Source of the DNA: Methanotrichaceae archaeon
GTDB lineage: Archaea > Halobacteriota > Methanosarcinia > Methanotrichales > Methanotrichaceae
Length of the DNA stretch: 28,677 nt
Direction of reading: 5' to 3'
Assembly: GCA_963754945.1 (NCBI GenBank)
Contig: CAVWIG010000052.1
Location: forward strand, 1-28,677
Below the pieces are notes generated by a model. The model was given only the letters and a program-made list of their open reading frames with translations. It did no database searches and had not been told where the DNA came from. Made by a program: the position numbers and the translations under genes. Shown piece after piece: positions 8,285-17,764 of this stretch. Numbering within the stretch: the stretch's first letter is position 1; each line of letters starts with the position of its first letter.

Positions 8285-10605
8285 ATGATTGGCTCGGAAA
8301 GACTCGGGGTGTGGATCACCAAAAATCCTGTGATAATCATAGCCGTAGCAGTTCTCTTGACACTGGTCTCTATTCACTATGCCCAGCAGGTCGAGAGCCA
8401 GGGCATGACTACGGAGAGCTTTGTGTCAAAAGATTCTGCCCTCTATCAATTATATGATCACCTGTACCAGGAAAACTTCGGCATAGATGCCAATGTAATC
8501 CTGATAGAAGGCGACGACGTCGCCAAAGAAGAGGTCCTGAAAGCGGCCTTGCGTTTATCCGATCACATGAAGCAGGTTCATAACGTTGTGAGTGTCCAGA
8601 GTATAGCCGACATCGTGGCCGATGCCGAATATCAAAGCAGCGGCATCCGTCGTATCCCCTCTCAGGAGAGGATAGACGAGATCCTGGCGGGCGCGGGCCC
8701 CACTGTTCAAAGCCTCATGCCAGATAGCGGTCATTCCAGGATGATCGTAACGATGCCTGCCTCCTTGCAAGATTCCCAACGCAAAGAGCTTCTTTCAGAA
8801 ATAAATAGCGCAGTCGATTTTGCAGAATTTCCTGCAGGCTACGGGGTAACCGTCACAGGCGATCGTTCTTTCCAGGAAGCAATTGTGGGTCTGATGAACA
8901 GTAGCAACAGCTCGATCCTTGCACTATGCGGGGTGCTGATGGTAGTAGCCCTGCTTCTGGTCTTCAGGCATGTCAGATGGCCTCTCCTTCCTATACCCGT
9001 GGTCTTACTGGGCATAGTCTGGACCTTCGGAGCCATGGGGTTCTTCCATATACCCATGAGCATGGTCTCATTTGCCGCTTTTCCCATCATGATAGGAATC
9101 GGCATAGACTATGCCATCCAGTTCCACAACCGGATAGACGAGGAGTTGGTCAAAGGCAAACCGTTATGGAAGCTGCCGTCAGCACGATAAACCATGTGGC
9201 CATTCCTGTGATCATCGCCTTGACTGTAACCGAGGCAGGCTTCGTCTCACTTCTAAGCTCCACCGTCCCCTCGATCAACGATTTCGGAAAGGTCTGCATC
9301 ATCGGTCTGGTCATGTGCTACCTCTCCGCCCTCTTCGTTGGCGTAACTGTCCTTTATCTTTCTGAACAAAAAGCGCCCCGAGAAAAGAAGGCTGATGGCC
9401 ATTCGACCGATGGTTCGGGAATTGGCGCTTTTATAGCGAAGCTCGCATATTTCTGTGTCCAAAGGTCGAACGCCATACTGGGCGTGGCTCTGATCCTAGC
9501 CCTGGCAGGAAATTATGTTGACTCCCTGGTCCCTATTGAAACGAATACCCAGAACTACATCCCCCAGGACCTATCTCCTTTGATCGACTTAAATCATATG
9601 AAGACGATCTTCGGAGGAACGGGTTCAGTTCAGTTCCTAGTTCAGGCTGACGACGTTACCGACCCAAAGAATCTCAAGTGGATGGACGATTTCAGCAACT
9701 ACCTGCTCACCTCAAGATCAGATAGGACGGAGGGCGTCACAAGCATAGCCACCTATATCAAACAGTCCAATGGTGGAGAGTTACCCGATGATAAAACGAA
9801 AATACGGGAAATAATTGCCTCCCTGCCACAGGTCGCGCGAGATGCATACCTGAGCGGCCATAACCTTGCAGTCGTAGATGTGAATATAGGCAATGCCCAG
9901 ACCAATCTAGGAACTGAAGGGATGTCCCGGCTCATCAAGTCGTACGAAGATGACCTGGCCTGGATGACTCCACCTCCAGGAGTCTCAGTTAGGATAACTG
10001 GTCAGCAGGTGCTTATGACAACGGTCATGGATGCCCTGACATCAGGTAGGATCGAGATGTCGCTGCTCGGCCTGGTGCTGATCTTCGTCCTGCTCTTGTT
10101 GATCTACAGAGACCTCATCAAGGCTCTGCTGCCGGTGCTGCCTATGATGGTAGTGATAGGATGGATGGGCTTGGTTATGTACTATGGTGGATTGAAGTAC
10201 ACTCCCCTCACGGCCACTCTGGGAGCGCTGGTCCTGGGAGTAGGCTCGGAGTATGCCATCCTGATGATGGAGCGCTTCTATGAGGAGCTGCATAACGTTG
10301 GCGATCCTTATGAGGCCCTGGCGATCACAGCCAACCGCATAGGTTCGGCTCTGATGGCATCGGGAATGACTGTGGTCTTCGGATTTGCAGCACTTATTGC
10401 ATCGCCCTTCAACATAATCAGCAACTTCGGGCTGGTGACGGTTCTGTCGGTTGTCTTCGCCCTCATCACTACATTCACAGTGTTCGTGGTCCTGATGATT
10501 CGCATGGAAATTCAGCGTGAGGTTCTGGAGAACGCTAAACAGGAACTAAAGAAAGCAATGGCGCTAATCAATAATCAATCATGGAGAAAGATGAATGGAA
10601 GTTAA
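8285..10605 (+). pseudogene. RND/MMPL-family (archaeal HAE3-type) transporter with one frameshift near 9160
   Basis: Two overlapping ORFs give consecutive parts: IGIGIDYAIQFHNR in the first, LGVGSEYAILMMERFYEE in the second. Adding one base in GGCAAACCGTTATG restores a ~773-aa protein. This could be a sequencing error. Confidence 0.85.
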
Positions 10606-11665
10606 GTTCGCTTTATGTCTAGCCTTAGCCTGCACGCTGGCCTTACTGGCTGCTGCTCAGGCCAACGACACGTACATCCCTACCTATACAGGTGGGGATA
10701 ACTACTACAACTTCTTCGGTGGTCCAAGCCTCTCAGCGAGCGTGAGCGGCACAGACGAGTTTGATCGTGGAGATACCGTCACTCTCTACGTAGATCTAAC
10801 AAACTACGGCAGAATAACGGGCTTCAAGCAGGACAAGGTCCCGAACACGGCTACAGAGTACGCCCTGGCCAATGCAGAGCAGCAGGAGGAGGCCAAAATA
10901 ACGACCGCCCTTGGGGTCAAGACAACTCTCATATCCAACACCTCCCAGATAGAAGTAAAATCCGGTGACCAGGTTGTACAATCCCTGAAAACTGGAGAAA
11001 AGACCACCAGCCCGATGAAGTTCACAATCAAGCTCGCAGAACATGCACCGGCAGGGGTTTATCCCTTGACCTTAAAGACACAGTACGACTACCAGTCGAA
11101 TGTCTTGGTCTATGCCTCAAACCTTGAGAATATTCCGAACGTCAACCTTCCACCCACGTTCGTGAATGCTGCATGGTCCTACTTCTACGGTCATACGATT
11201 CAAACCCTCACTATACCAGTCGTAATCAAGAAAAAAGCAGATTTCGAGCTGGTTGTAGCCAACGGCACTCTAGCCGCCGGCAAGAAGAAGGGAGAGCTGA
11301 AAGCAACTTACAAGAACATCGGCGATGAGCCGGTCAAAGATGCGATAGCAAGGCTCAGCATATTCAAGCCCTTCTCCTCGACGGATGATCAGGCATACAT
11401 CGGAACCCTCGATCCCCAAGAAGCAAAGCCTGTGATATTCAGGATCGATGTCGACTCGGACGCAACACCAAAGGAGTACGGCATCAACAGCGAGATCAAG
11501 TACACTGACGTTAACGGCGACACTGTCATCTCGGAGAGCATGAAAATACCTGTGGTGGTGAAGGCCGCATCCTCATCCCTGCTTCTGCCGGCGGCGATCG
11601 TTCTCATTATCATAATTGCAGCAGGTGGATACATGTACCGTAGGAAGCAAAAGAAGGCCGCTTGA
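10595..11665 (+). CDS. COG1361 S-layer-domain family surface protein
   Basis: Signal peptide, APAGVYPL, YKNIGDE...AIARLS..KPFSSTDDQAYIGTL and KEYGINSEIKY motifs, and a C-terminal TM helix with a basic tail; usual partner of HAE3 RND genes. Confidence 0.85.
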   Translation: MEVKFALCLALACTLALLAAAQANDTYIPTYTGGDNYYNFFGGPSLSASVSGTDEFDRGDTVTLYVDLTNYGRITGFKQDKVPNTATEYALANAEQQEEAKITTALGVKTTLISNTSQIEVKSGDQVVQSLKTGEKTTSPMKFTIKLAEHAPAGVYPLTLKTQYDYQSNVLVYASNLENIPNVNLPPTFVNAAWSYFYGHTIQTLTIPVVIKKKADFELVVANGTLAAGKKKGELKATYKNIGDEPVKDAIARLSIFKPFSSTDDQAYIGTLDPQEAKPVIFRIDVDSDATPKEYGINSEIKYTDVNGDTVISESMKIPVVVKAASSSLLLPAAIVLIIIIAAGGYMYRRKQKKAA

Positions 11666-11683
11666 GCAGGTCCTTCCCTCCGA

Positions 11684-11690
11684 TTTTTTT
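11684..11690 (+). terminator. Possible archaeal oligo-T terminator
   Basis: T7 run 18 nt after the stop codon. Confidence 0.35.
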
Positions 11691-11801
11691 AGGAGCTAAC
11701 AAACAATAACACCTGAGAACAGCAAGGAGAAAAAACGGGCACAATATCGTGGATATCTGGGTGCAAATGAGCCGAAATTTGTTGTCTCAAACGGGGTTCT
11801 T

Positions 11802-12197
11802 ATGGATGAGATAGTATTGTCAAATTGGGAAAATCGTTTTTGGGCCTGGCTGATGGATGTTCTCCTTATGAGCCTCCTATGGCGCGGGGTCCTAACCTTT
11901 CTGGAGATAGATGCTTATGGCCTTAGAGGGGTATTGCTGCTGGCGTCGTTGTTATTCATTTATTGGACCGCACTGGAAGGTTACAGAGGTCAGTCATTGG
12001 GAAAGATGCTCCTCAATATAGCTGTAACCGGCCCACTTGGGGAGAGTATAAGGTTCAGGGACGCGGCTGTGGAGAGCTTTGGAAAAGCATTTCTGCTTCC
12101 CTTCGACTGCCTCATATGCTGGTTCGTCTTCCGGGAGAGCAGGCAGCGTCTATTCAATAGAATATCTAATACCATTGTCATCAAACAAATGGAGTAG
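11802..12197 (+). CDS. RDD family membrane protein
   Basis: RFWAWLMD, EGYRGQSLGKMLLNIAV and RQRLFNRISNTIVI motifs. Confidence 0.9.
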   Translation: MDEIVLSNWENRFWAWLMDVLLMSLLWRGVLTFLEIDAYGLRGVLLLASLLFIYWTALEGYRGQSLGKMLLNIAVTGPLGESIRFRDAAVESFGKAFLLPFDCLICWFVFRESRQRLFNRISNTIVIKQME

Positions 12198-12223
12198 AAA
12201 AGAAAGAATTGTATTGGATATAT

Positions 12224-12724
12224 ATGTGTGACGAAAATGCTAAAGGATATTCTTTGTTACAGGATATAACAAAGCATATTATCGATGCCTGTATCCAGTG
12301 GGCCAGGATTAAGGGATATCGTAACTCAACAGGAATTCTCAGGGGTTTGACGGTTGTTGCTAAAGAACCAATATCTTTGGATGAACTGGTCCTGGAGACT
12401 GGCTACAGCAAGTCAACCGTAAGTTCGAACATGAAACTATTAGAGAACCTGAGATTGGTCAGGCGTATTGTGATACCAGGAGATAAAAGGCATCTATATG
12501 CACCCATCACAGATCCCGAAATAATTAGGACGAACATGCTGGACGCAATCGATAAGGAGATACAGCTCTTCATTGTGGCTCTGAATCGAACTGAAAATGC
12601 CATGTTATCTGGCGGAGCTGAAGCGAGGTTTCTGTTGGAGCGAATTGCTTCTCTCAAGCAGTCTTATGAGCAAGTTAAGAAAACAATCGACTTCTTGAGA
12701 AAGCAATCTTTGAATCAGATATAG
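12224..12724 (+). CDS. GbsR/MarR-like (COG1510) transcriptional regulator
   Basis: GILRGL...EPISLDELVLETGYSKSTVSSNMKLLENL...GDKRHLY; clear paralogue of 7653-8201. Alternative start at 12209. Confidence 0.85.
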   Translation: MCDENAKGYSLLQDITKHIIDACIQWARIKGYRNSTGILRGLTVVAKEPISLDELVLETGYSKSTVSSNMKLLENLRLVRRIVIPGDKRHLYAPITDPEIIRTNMLDAIDKEIQLFIVALNRTENAMLSGGAEARFLLERIASLKQSYEQVKKTIDFLRKQSLNQI

Positions 12725-12916
12725 AAATATTTGAAATGATATAATTTATATAAACTAAATTAGTTGGCGCGACGCTTCTGGTTTGTACTATGTATTTTAG
12801 TACTTGAAGATCAGAGCGAAGCTGGTGGTTGCATCGATCTAATCGATATCGAATGCAATTGAGTGGCAGCTTGTGGGCAGCTCAAAAGACAGAGCCTTTC
12901 ATGGGGAAGGTTCTCT

Positions 12917-13171
12917 TTATCTCTTTTCCTTCAAAGCTCTCCGTCCAAGATCTGTGAGCTTAATTTTTGCAATAAAATTTGGAAGTGTCATACTTGACAC
13001 AAAATCCCTGGTTATGACGTCTACGTGTCCTGATTTTTTCATCAGCGTCAAACGCTCCCCCAGCTCCATTTTATCCAGCTTGACTATCTCATTAACCTCG
13101 ATGGGGCTAACAAAAGACATCGGAGAAATAGCATTCATCGCTCCAAGGATCTTTAGATCTTGATCATCCAT
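12917..13171 (-). CDS. Small winged-helix-like hypothetical protein
   Basis: DLKILGAM...ELGERLTLMKKSGHV...IKLTDLGRRAL; GAGG-type RBS. Confidence 0.75.
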   Translation of the reverse strand: MDDQDLKILGAMNAISPMSFVSPIEVNEIVKLDKMELGERLTLMKKSGHVDVITRDFVSSMTLPNFIAKIKLTDLGRRALKEKR

Positions 13172-14416
13172 CCATCTCGCCCTCGATTGATCGACATGAT
13201 TAGCAAGGCCAGAAGCGTCTTATTTCGATCCAGTGATGTACACAAACCTGCATAGACAAAATTGCCTATTTTCATGCTTCATGTAGAGACAATCTTCTGA
13301 TCTGGCTCTATCGTGTTTATCATCTATAACTATTTAGAATTGGTGGTCTTATCTCGCACAATCAACTCAATCAGCTCAATTCATATTTCATCACAAACGC
13401 TATGCAAGCTTCTGATTTATTCACTTTTAGTCTCAAATAATTCAATATAGAGCCGACGTCTAGGAAACTGTTGAGGTGATCTAAAAGGAACTCAAGGATG
13501 GTGAAGCCGGGCAGATTGTGGCTTCTGCTCTTGTACCGTCGCAAAGCAACAATGAGTGTCGTTGATCTCTTGGCAAATGAAGAGTGGGCCGGATAACTCT
13601 TTGTGGGATTGTAGCTCTTCGAATCTGGAGTTCGGTTCGGATGCCCCACAGGCGCGTATCTGACCCATCATAATTCAAAAAGTGGTCGTGAGAACAAATG
13701 ATCATGGAAATATTCGATAGACTAACTGGGGTTATTAGGTGTATTGGCTGCACCTCCTCGGGTACTCTTTGTAGATATTGTCCGGTGAAGAGGAAGGAAC
13801 TTCATTGGCCGGGATAACTTGTGTCAGGAATCCTGGCGAATCTCCGCTTCTGCACTCATTCATTCGAACTTGTGAACACGACTCGTGGATAAGAGAGGGT
13901 GTTGAATAATGGATAAGACCAAATGGATAAGGTTGATCCAATGGAAATTTGGCGGATGTAGGGGTTATGAGAGCGTTCCGCTCGCAGGTAGAATCAATGA
14001 CGATTATGTCGGTCTTCTCCCTGAGAAGCTGTCAAGAGCAACCACTGAAAGAGCATATAGAGAAAATCTATAGAGGGTTAACGGGGTGTTCGTGTTCGCC
14101 GTGTTTCGGCCAGTTCGAAAGTCCAAATCTCAAAAAACATCCGAAGATATAATGCGACCGACACTCGGGAACGACTACGAAATATCATCGCTTCAGAGAC
14201 CAGAATACACAAGAACACTAATGTCGGGCACGATGTCATGAACATCCAGTTGAAGCATATCGATAGCCTTCAAACTCAAAAAATCTTATCTGCTATGGAT
14301 CCGGTAGTGTAACGTTTTTCTCCAAGGTAGCAAGCCTCGGCGCGTTGTCCGGCAGTGGCCCGCACAGTAATCTTCAGGAAAAAGGTTTCTATATATTGCT
14401 GTTATTCTTGAATCGA

Positions 14417-15058
14417 ATGATAAGCTTAGTCGAATCCATAAGCAATTTTATTGTGAGCCTCGTAAGCTCCTTCGGCTACACTGGTATCTTCTTTGCCATG
14501 GCCCTGGAGAGCGCGTGTATTCCATTCCCCAGCGAAATCATCATGCCTTTTAGTGGCTTCGTGGTGTCTGAAGGAAAGCTTGGCCTGCTGGAGATTACTC
14601 TGTCAGGCGCTCTGGGAAACCTCTTCGGATCGATTATTGCTTATCAGGTAGGCTTAAGAGGAGGGAGGCCGTTTCTGGAAAAATACGGAAAATATGTTCT
14701 CTTGAGCCGTAAAAAGCTTGACCTGGCAGACGATTGGTTCAGGAAGTACGGGGATCGAGCGGTCCTGATAAGCAGGGTCTTGCCGGTCATAAGGACTTAC
14801 ATCTCCCTGCCTGCCGGAATAGCAGGAATGGACTTCAAGAAGTTCTCTTTCTATACTTTCGCGGGATCGCTGCCCTGGTGCCTGACCCTGGGCTACGTGG
14901 GCGTCCTCCTGGGACCAAAGTGGGATTCCTTGAAGGGATGGTTTCATATTTTCGATGCAATTATTATAATATCGATTATGATCGTGTTGATATTTTTTAT
15001 AATTAAGTACAGAAAGAATAGCGACTCGATTACTCATGATAATCGATCAAATATTTGA
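14417..15058 (+). CDS. dedA: DedA family membrane protein
   Basis: LESACIPFPSEIIMPFSGF, WFRKYGDRAVLISRVLPVIRTYISLPAGIAGM; start placed at ATG 14417. Confidence 0.93.
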   Translation: MISLVESISNFIVSLVSSFGYTGIFFAMALESACIPFPSEIIMPFSGFVVSEGKLGLLEITLSGALGNLFGSIIAYQVGLRGGRPFLEKYGKYVLLSRKKLDLADDWFRKYGDRAVLISRVLPVIRTYISLPAGIAGMDFKKFSFYTFAGSLPWCLTLGYVGVLLGPKWDSLKGWFHIFDAIIIISIMIVLIFFIIKYRKNSDSITHDNRSNI

Positions 15059-15347
15059 ATGATATTGAGGATTGGATATGCTCTCTTCCAGGGGGCAACA
15101 ATCCAGATGGCATTATTTTAGCTCTTTGACGTTAGATTTGTGATTAACTCGCCGAGAATGGTACTGATCGATTTTCCGAGTTGATTTTCTTATAGTAACT
15201 ACGCATTCTGACTGATCTTTTGCGATCATATCAATTGAAAGTCGCCTGTATCGGTTCTTATAAACAAGTCACATGGACTTTTTGGCTTTTCTAGCGAGAA
15301 ACGTTTTTATCGCTTTGAAGTGTATCGGATCAAAGGTGGAGTGTCAA

Positions 15348-15908
15348 ATGGGTTACAGATTCATAGTAACGATGGTATTAGTATTGGGTATTTTATTGAC
15401 CACCTGTCAGGCCCAGACAACTGGTAACTTCCAGAGCGTCGGTGGCGATTTTGGCCGGACCTGGCTCAAGGACTTTCAAGCCCAAAGTCCTACAAAACAA
15501 CCCCAGTCTCAGAACTCTACATCCCTCTGGAGCTGGGGTGGGGCTCCCAAGGGGAGATTGGTTCAGAACGGATCATTGGTGACGGATCCATACTACATAT
15601 GGAAGTCGCTTAACTTGACAAGTGGTTGGATGGGACAGGCTTATGTAGATCCCAAAACAGGATACCCTGTCTATGAGTTCGTAGATCCCTACACAGGAAA
15701 TCCGGACTATTTCTACGTAGACCCCAAGACCGGAAAGCCGGTTTACATTAATTCAGGTACGACAACAGGAACACCAACCTATAGCAGTGTTCCACCCTAT
15801 TCGCCTTATACCGGGACGCCGCCAACATCATCCAATTATCCGTGGCTTGGCGACACATCCGGTTCGCCATTTCCCTCGGGTGACGTTGGAGGCACGGGGA
15901 TGGCCTAG
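15348..15908 (+). CDS. Secreted hypothetical protein with [YF]VDPxTG repeats and a P/S/T-rich tail
   Basis: Signal peptide after ATG 15348 (AGGTGGAG RBS); GDFGRTWL and LWSWGGAPKG segments. Confidence 0.8.
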   Translation: MGYRFIVTMVLVLGILLTTCQAQTTGNFQSVGGDFGRTWLKDFQAQSPTKQPQSQNSTSLWSWGGAPKGRLVQNGSLVTDPYYIWKSLNLTSGWMGQAYVDPKTGYPVYEFVDPYTGNPDYFYVDPKTGKPVYINSGTTTGTPTYSSVPPYSPYTGTPPTSSNYPWLGDTSGSPFPSGDVGGTGMA

Positions 15909-16012
15909 GTGAGCAACGCCTTGGCGGAGCGTGGTTCCGAAGCATCTCCCTGGGAATCTTCAGGGGATCAGATTTATATTGAATGTAGCCCACTAGTAGC
16001 TCAAGTGAGGAG

Positions 16013-16645
16013 ATGCTGAAGATGAGAATACTGCTGGTTCTTGTGTTTTTGCTTTTCATGGTATGTTTTTCTATTAGCATTCCATCTTCAGCTTTTGGCT
16101 CCGCCGCCAAGAACCTGACGGAGAGATCTCAGATCGACTTATGGGGTTACATGGACGAGACCCAGATCTTCCAGACCGATACTGGTTTCGCAGGGACAAA
16201 GCTGTCTTCGAGAGCTAGCGGAAGCGGTCACATCTCTAGAACCCAGTATTCTGATGTCTTTGCCGGACCGAGCTACGATGAGACTATATATACAGAAGAT
16301 GTGAATGCTGATTACAGTCCCTACATACCACCTCCGACTCAGAGTGACCTCAAGAACGCCTTGTGCGCCAAGAACTACGAGGTGGGCTCAGCATTCTCCG
16401 AGAGCTACTCGAACATCCAATCGCTGATAAAAGACACCAGCATCTACCAGGATAAGAACGAATCCATCTACCAGATAGGGTCCTATGTCGACGGCACAAC
16501 CAAGATCGGCACAACAGTCCGGAAGAACGCCAACACAGTCCCGGCTTTGACCATGGGCGGGACCTACATCGGAAACCTAAACATACATATGGAGATCGAG
16601 ACTTTTACTGGAAACTCCTCAGTGCTTACATTGCCGTGTCCGTAG
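16013..16645 (+). CDS. Secreted hypothetical protein
   Basis: GAGGAG RBS, hydrophobic signal peptide, coding-like codon usage; no family recognised. Confidence 0.8.
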   Translation: MLKMRILLVLVFLLFMVCFSISIPSSAFGSAAKNLTERSQIDLWGYMDETQIFQTDTGFAGTKLSSRASGSGHISRTQYSDVFAGPSYDETIYTEDVNADYSPYIPPPTQSDLKNALCAKNYEVGSAFSESYSNIQSLIKDTSIYQDKNESIYQIGSYVDGTTKIGTTVRKNANTVPALTMGGTYIGNLNIHMEIETFTGNSSVLTLPCP

Positions 16646-16810
16646 ACATTCGGAGATTTTTGTATTTTGAATATCCACCAGATCTTCTAACCCCTAGTGA
16701 ATCTAGCTCTACATTTTTGGCAGCATCGAAGACAGCGTCGATTGCAGATGCTCACAAATGAATGAAGCATTCTTATTGAAGGCCCGGTTATCCCACCTTA
16801 GAGTGCTCAA

Positions 16811-16826
16811 CCGAAAATTATTTATG
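16811..16826 (+). promoter_or_regulatory. BRE/TATA promoter upstream of the candidate ncRNA
   Basis: CCGAAAAT followed by TATTTAT, ending about 25 nt before 16851. Confidence 0.55.
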
Positions 16827-16850
16827 TTTTGAAGTTAGAATAATTAACTT

Positions 16851-17124
16851 GCCGCGTCATGTGTTAGCGAGCCATGGATTGAGACGCACCGACAAGAGCT
16901 CGATGGCCGAAATGTGCTCCGTCTGTTGAGCACAATTCGCGGATGTAATCGACGTCCTGCGAACGAAGGCCTATGGGGTGTCGTTCAAATATGTACGACA
17001 TTTCGGTGGCGTACCGGTCAGCTGAAAATCCGTCTGCGGTCAAAAAAGATGCATGCCGTCACGGGCATAGCATGCCGCCCTTCAGCTTTTTGGACCGGGG
17101 ATTCAATGGCAGGCGTGACGCGGC
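16851..17124 (+). ncRNA. Candidate 274-nt multi-stem structured ncRNA of unrecognised family
   Basis: The 5' and 3' ends pair over 12 bp, with about 10 nested helices found by eye. Wobbles are G-U on the + strand. An upstream promoter is present and there is no credible ORF. Confidence 0.7.
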
Positions 17125-17210
17125 CCAAGTACTTTGGGTTCGGTACTTTAACTATCTAATATTGCGGATAATCCCTTTTGGTCTTCGGGGCTTCATCGAT
17201 ATGCTATCGC

Positions 17211-17657
17211 TTATTTACCGAGCTTCCCTCCGGGCACCAGCATTATCGGGACCTTCGAGTGCTGGACAACCTTCTCGGCCACACTCCCGAGCAGGAACCT
17301 GTCTAGCCCTCCCCGACCTACACTACCCATGACCAGAAGATCGACACCTGATTCTTTGGACATCCTTAACAGCTCGTCGCTTGGTCTACCCTCCAGTATG
17401 ACTTTATCGCAGACAACTCCTGCCTGCTTGGCAAGCTCTTCAACGCTATCAGTTGCGTCTTTGCCCTCTTTGAGCATCAGCTCCCTGACCATGCCCGAAT
17501 ACTGGATATAGTCCGACAAGTAGCCCAGCCTGGACGTATCCGCCACATAAACCGCGGTGACCTTTGCACCATGCATTTGAGCAAGCTCAACTCCCATCTT
17601 CGCCGCCTTCTGGCTAGTCTCAGATCCATCTGTTGCAATCAGTATGTTTTTGAACAT
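17211..17657 (-). CDS. uspA: Universal stress protein (UspA family)
   Basis: FKNILIATDGS...DLLVMGSVGRGGLDRFLLGSVAEKVVQHSKVPIMLV. Confidence 0.95.
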   Translation of the reverse strand: MFKNILIATDGSETSQKAAKMGVELAQMHGAKVTAVYVADTSRLGYLSDYIQYSGMVRELMLKEGKDATDSVEELAKQAGVVCDKVILEGRPSDELLRMSKESGVDLLVMGSVGRGGLDRFLLGSVAEKVVQHSKVPIMLVPGGKLGK

Positions 17658-17764
17658 AATATCTAATGAGCACTTTTTGGCTTAAATCTTTATGTCAACT
17701 AAAATGATTCATTACAAGGAAAACTTATTAATACATAAAATCATTATTCTCAAGGGGTAGCTTC

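Noticed and set aside
8926-9165. N-terminal 80 residues of the track ORF 8926-10605
   Set aside because: Out-of-frame shadow of the first RND half, upstream of the frameshift.
9150-9170. Programmed -1 ribosomal frameshift in the RND gene
   Set aside because: No slippery heptamer in frame and no obvious stimulatory hairpin.
14297-14345. GGATCCGGTAGTGTAACG resembles a tRNA 5' end
   Set aside because: No D-loop GG, anticodon arm, T-arm or acceptor complement follows.
16851-17124. SRP RNA, RNase P RNA, hammerhead ribozyme or MITE as the identity of the structured region
   Set aside because: There is no SRP helix-8 motif, no RNase P P4 motifs and no CUGAUGA core. The end pairing contains G-U wobbles and no target duplication is visible.
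16914-17332. Track ORFs 16914-17159 and 16973-17332
   Set aside because: They have no RBS or recognisable motifs, overlap each other, and one runs antisense into uspA. RNA structure explains the region better.
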